The notes under the pieces are model-generated. The model did no database searches, was not told where the DNA came from, and saw only the letters and a list, made by a program, of their open reading frames with translations. This document shows, one piece after another, positions 29,342 through 32,851 of a stretch of 32,851 nucleotides of DNA. Both the position numbers and the translations under genes were made by a program. Position 1 is the stretch's first letter, and each line of letters opens with the position of its first letter. The stretch comes from Trichomonas gallinae (lineage: Eukaryota): positions 1-32,851 of the forward strand of contig MRSU01003575.1 in assembly GCA_008369845.1 (NCBI GenBank). The letters are read 5' to 3'.

Positions 29342-31405
29342 ATGTTTTTTGTTTTTTTCCGCGTGTGTACATGTGTTGTGTTAGGCATGGATCTTGGCGG
29401 TGAGAAAGCCAGGGTCACTGCTTTGTATTCGCCGCAGCAAATGTCCATACTTATGGATAGAAACAACATTAGATATTTTCGAACAACTTTCACGATCGTT
29501 CCTAAGAACAATGACAGCGTCAAATTCATAAACGTGGATAACTTCGACGATTACGAATACTATTTCGATAATCCACACATGGAAAGAAAATTTCCGCAAT
29601 ATACTACGAGATATTACAACGATTTCGTTGGAAAGGTGTTATCAGACGATATGCAAGAAATTATGAATAGTAGGAACCTCTCAAAAGTAGCAGAAATTAT
29701 TTCTAACCATCGTTTCACTGTGAACGGAATTTTCCCTGAATATTTACTGTACAGGACATTCAACATGATTAATGAAAGCATGCACGCTCAGCAGCCCATA
29801 ATTAAAGATAGAACGATTTATATTTCTGTGCCTCGTTTTATGATGCAGCAGGAAAGGAAATCAGTACGTATATGTGCTAAACTAGCCAAATTTACTTCAA
29901 GAATCATAGATTCGAGTACTGCTCTCGCTTATCATTTCGCATTTACGCATGATCGCATTTTTTCAAGACTACAGAAACCGTTGACAGTTGGCTTTATAGA
30001 CATTGGTGATATAAACACGCAAATTACAGTCACACAGTTTTCCGGAAAGAAAAATATAACAGTCAAAGATTTATTTTATAATTATTCCCAAAAAATCGGA
30101 GGAAGAACAATTGACCTTGCTATATCAAATATTATACTCAGAAAACTCGATTTCGAACCAACAGATTCAGATAAACAGTTAATTTTGCAAGAAGCAAATA
30201 AAATTAAGCACAGACTTACGACAAACAAGAATGCTATAGGCCAAATCGATTGTAGCAATATTGTTTACTATAATGTTACTAGAGACGAGTTTGAAACCGA
30301 AATTTCCGGAATTCTCGAAGAATTAACGCAATTACTCAAAACATCGCCACCAGTAGATAGAATACAACTCATTGGTGGATCAACGCGCATTTTATCAATA
30401 CAAGATACAATTAAGAAGGTATTTAATCAAAAAGAATTATTTGTCTCAATGAATCCGGAAGAAGCCATCAGCAATGGTGCAGCCCTCTATGGTGTAACTC
30501 AAAGCTCCGAATTTAAGACTCTAAGTACAATAATTTATCAGCCATTGCATTTATATCGTCTAGATTACTACGATAGCCACTTCAAGCCTGTCTCATCGCA
30601 CGCATTTGGCCAGCAAGTGTATCTGCTTGAGACAGCCAATAGATATCCAGCCGGTTGTTCTGGAGTTGCAGCTTGGGGAACAGTTCACGTTAATACAGTC
30701 TTTAAAGCCACAACAGACGGCTTATATAGGATCAAGCAGGATAGAAAACGCGTCTACGAGATTTGGGAGATAAAATTCGTCGAACAAGCGAAATTACTCA
30801 AGATTCATGAAGAACAAAACGCAAAACTATCAAAGGAAATCAACGGACTTGAAAACATGATACTCGAGTCCAAGGCTATGATAAGAGAGTCAGGTTACTT
30901 CGAGCAAGTCTGTTCTGAGCAAGAATACATCAGGGCGTTAAATGCCGTCAATGTTACTGACAGATGGTTCACAAAACAGAAGAAATTCGAAATGGAGACA
31001 CTTCAGCAGAGGAGGACTAACTTGGAGGACTCTCTGTCGTCTATAATGGCGAGAGTGCAGTACTTAGAGAAGGCGAATATGACTATTGAAAACATGACAA
31101 AAGTTTTTAATGTTGTCGAGCAAATAATCGTCAAAAAATGGGTGAATAAAACGCATCACCCGCCACGATCACAGATAAGGCATATTCTCAGGGCCATGGC
31201 GTACACAAAGAACTGGCTCAATGAAAAAATCAGGCTCCAAGGAAAAATTTCTGTGAAGCAGAATCCAATACTAAAATACTATGAACTGGAAAATCTCATT
31301 TTCTATGTTCAAGATGAATTCATGGATGTTTTGAAGGGGATTAATACTAAGAATCAAGATAATAAGCAAATACATGTACAAGGAGATGTAGAAGTGCGAA
31401 ATTAA
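29342..31405 (+). CDS. Atypical Hsp70-superfamily protein (Hsp110/Grp170-like, probably secretory pathway), 687 aa
   Basis: Short hydrophobic leader, then VLGMDLG, ISVPRF, IDIGD, IGGRTID, LIGGSTRI and MNPEEAISNGAA. The helical C-domain contains INGLENMI (compare kNxLEsyiy). Confidence 0.8.
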   Translation: MFFVFFRVCTCVVLGMDLGGEKARVTALYSPQQMSILMDRNNIRYFRTTFTIVPKNNDSVKFINVDNFDDYEYYFDNPHMERKFPQYTTRYYNDFVGKVLSDDMQEIMNSRNLSKVAEIISNHRFTVNGIFPEYLLYRTFNMINESMHAQQPIIKDRTIYISVPRFMMQQERKSVRICAKLAKFTSRIIDSSTALAYHFAFTHDRIFSRLQKPLTVGFIDIGDINTQITVTQFSGKKNITVKDLFYNYSQKIGGRTIDLAISNIILRKLDFEPTDSDKQLILQEANKIKHRLTTNKNAIGQIDCSNIVYYNVTRDEFETEISGILEELTQLLKTSPPVDRIQLIGGSTRILSIQDTIKKVFNQKELFVSMNPEEAISNGAALYGVTQSSEFKTLSTIIYQPLHLYRLDYYDSHFKPVSSHAFGQQVYLLETANRYPAGCSGVAAWGTVHVNTVFKATTDGLYRIKQDRKRVYEIWEIKFVEQAKLLKIHEEQNAKLSKEINGLENMILESKAMIRESGYFEQVCSEQEYIRALNAVNVTDRWFTKQKKFEMETLQQRRTNLEDSLSSIMARVQYLEKANMTIENMTKVFNVVEQIIVKKWVNKTHHPPRSQIRHILRAMAYTKNWLNEKIRLQGKISVKQNPILKYYELENLIFYVQDEFMDVLKGINTKNQDNKQIHVQGDVEVRN

Positions 31406-31965
31406 GATAGAATTTGTTTTTATATTATATTTGTTTTATATTTTTGTAACAATATAAAAATAGTGAATTGATCTATTGTAGTGATAAGTATTTTAATTGT
31501 ATTTCTAACAATTTAAATCAAAAATAAAACTGATAAAATATTTTATATATTTCATGTCATAATCATTAAATATCGAGAATATTTTCTCGAAAATCATTGA
31601 TATCTTTAATTCTCTTAAAGATTTAATGATAAAACAAAAAATATTAAAATTTTTTGAAGTAATCTTTAAAATACTTGACTTATTATAGATATGTGTTTAG
31701 TCAGTAATATCGCGTTTGTTAAATCGATCAATACAAAAATAAAAATATCAAAATACAAATATATATCATTTCTGCACATAATTGTATGAAAGTAGTATGA
31801 TATGTGACTGTATGGTCATTGTTACACCATTTGTTTCAATATATAATCAAAAATATCATCGAACTAAATATTGAAAGGTATCTAAGGAAAGTATTCGAGT
31901 ATTTGAAGAATACATAGCTAAGCAATGATGTATATGAATGAATTATTGAATGAAATAGAATAAAA

Positions 31966-32565
31966 TTATGCACGACAGCAAGAACTTTGTTTCTTTGGCT
32001 CTTCTTTGAGATTCTTCTTCTGGAATGAGTTCCCTTTCTCCAATTCTTCTGCTTTTTCATTCAATTGACGTGCAACAGCATTGAATAAATCGTTAATTCC
32101 TCTGCCAGTTGCAGCAGACGTCTGCTGGAATGTCGCACGGTTTTGTTTGGTCCACCTTATTGCTTCTACGTCCTCAACACTAGCTTCTAAGTCTATTTTA
32201 TTGGCGACTAAAAAAATCAACAGATTTGGAGAAGAAAACTTATTCAGTTCGTCTCTCCATCTATCAATGTTTGTAAATGACTCGAAGTTTGTTGTGTCAT
32301 AGACTAGAACTGCGGCGTGTGCGTTTCTTGAGTAATTCGCTATCAAGCTTTGGTACCTCTCTTGACCTGCAGTATCCCATATATTCATGATGATCTTATT
32401 TCCGTCTATGTTCATCTCTTTCGTCATGTAAGAAGCACCAACAGTTGGCTCGACATCTTGGTCGAAGTTATTTGCGCTGAATCTCTTGATTATACTTGTC
32501 TTACCGACATTGGAGTCCCCTAGCATGATAACTTTGAACTCTCTACTGTCTGTAGCTTGTTTCAT
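31966..32565 (-). CDS. Rab-family small GTPase (199 aa)
   Basis: GDSNVGKT, PTVGASY, WDTAGQERY, NKID, QTSA and C-terminal prenylation motif CCRA. Subfamily not assignable by eye. Confidence 0.95.
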   Translation of the reverse strand: MKQATDSREFKVIMLGDSNVGKTSIIKRFSANNFDQDVEPTVGASYMTKEMNIDGNKIIMNIWDTAGQERYQSLIANYSRNAHAAVLVYDTTNFESFTNIDRWRDELNKFSSPNLLIFLVANKIDLEASVEDVEAIRWTKQNRATFQQTSAATGRGINDLFNAVARQLNEKAEELEKGNSFQKKNLKEEPKKQSSCCRA

Positions 32566-32654
32566 TATTTTTTATTTTTTATTTTGTAAGATTTTGTAAA
32601 CTACTCAAATCAAATTTTGTATACATCTCAATTTTTTGTCATGAAATCTGGCTA

Positions 32655-32675
32655 TTTGACACTTTACATGTCAAA
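32655..32675 (-). promoter_or_regulatory. TTTGACATGTAAAGTGTCAAA dyad upstream of the Rab gene
   Basis: TTTGACA-N7-TGTCAAA dyad about 90-110 bp upstream of the ATG. The same module and gene-relative orientation occur at 22095-22122. Confidence 0.55.
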
Positions 32676-32851
32676 TTTTCAAATATCTTTTCATGAAAAA
32701 TTTCTTCCATGCAATCTAAAAACATCTTGATTAATAATTTGTTAAATACATAGCTATTGATTGTACAAAAGGGGGGGAACTCCCTCCACCTTTTCAGATC
32801 GACTCGAAACCATGCCTGTTGGATACATATGGAATAGGGGAATATGATCTC

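Noticed and set aside
31572..31589. Small palindrome TCGAGAA-TATT-TTCTCGA with a heat-shock-element-like TTCnnGAA
   Set aside because: Lies between convergent gene ends rather than in a promoter, and is short enough to be chance.
1..32851. CRISPR arrays, tRNA/rRNA genes, transposase or Maverick genes, prokaryotic operon structure
   Set aside because: No regularly spaced repeats, no recognisable RNA gene motifs and no integrase or transposase ORF. Gene content is eukaryotic.

Overview
Eukaryotic, very AT-rich genomic window with long uninterrupted ORFs. Gene content (BspA-type LRR protein, Pmp-like GGAI protein, divergent TOR, Rab) points to a trichomonad, most likely Trichomonas vaginalis or a close relative (inference). 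It holds nine apparently intact genes: an internally duplicated secreted/surface beta-sandwich protein, TOR kinase, a coiled-coil CxxC protein, a Pmp-like membrane protein, NPL4, an importin-beta-like protein, SMC3, an atypical ER-type Hsp70 and a Rab GTPase. There is also a BspA gene whose start is disrupted and a probable decayed pseudogene at about 4.9-6.1 kb. The most unusual structure is the BspA locus. It is bracketed by an inward-facing 62-bp inverted repeat (61/62 identical), lacks a usable ATG although about 830 codons stay open, and is a GC mosaic. Together these suggest a mobile, invertible or silent-cassette arrangement. Other observations are a shared TGACA/TGTAAAGTGTCAA promoter module upstream of unrelated genes, paired E2F-type sites upstream of SMC3, a QKD variant of the Smc3 acetylation motif, and a TOR FRB domain that looks rapamycin-resistant. 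No rRNA, tRNA, CRISPR array or transposase was recognised.
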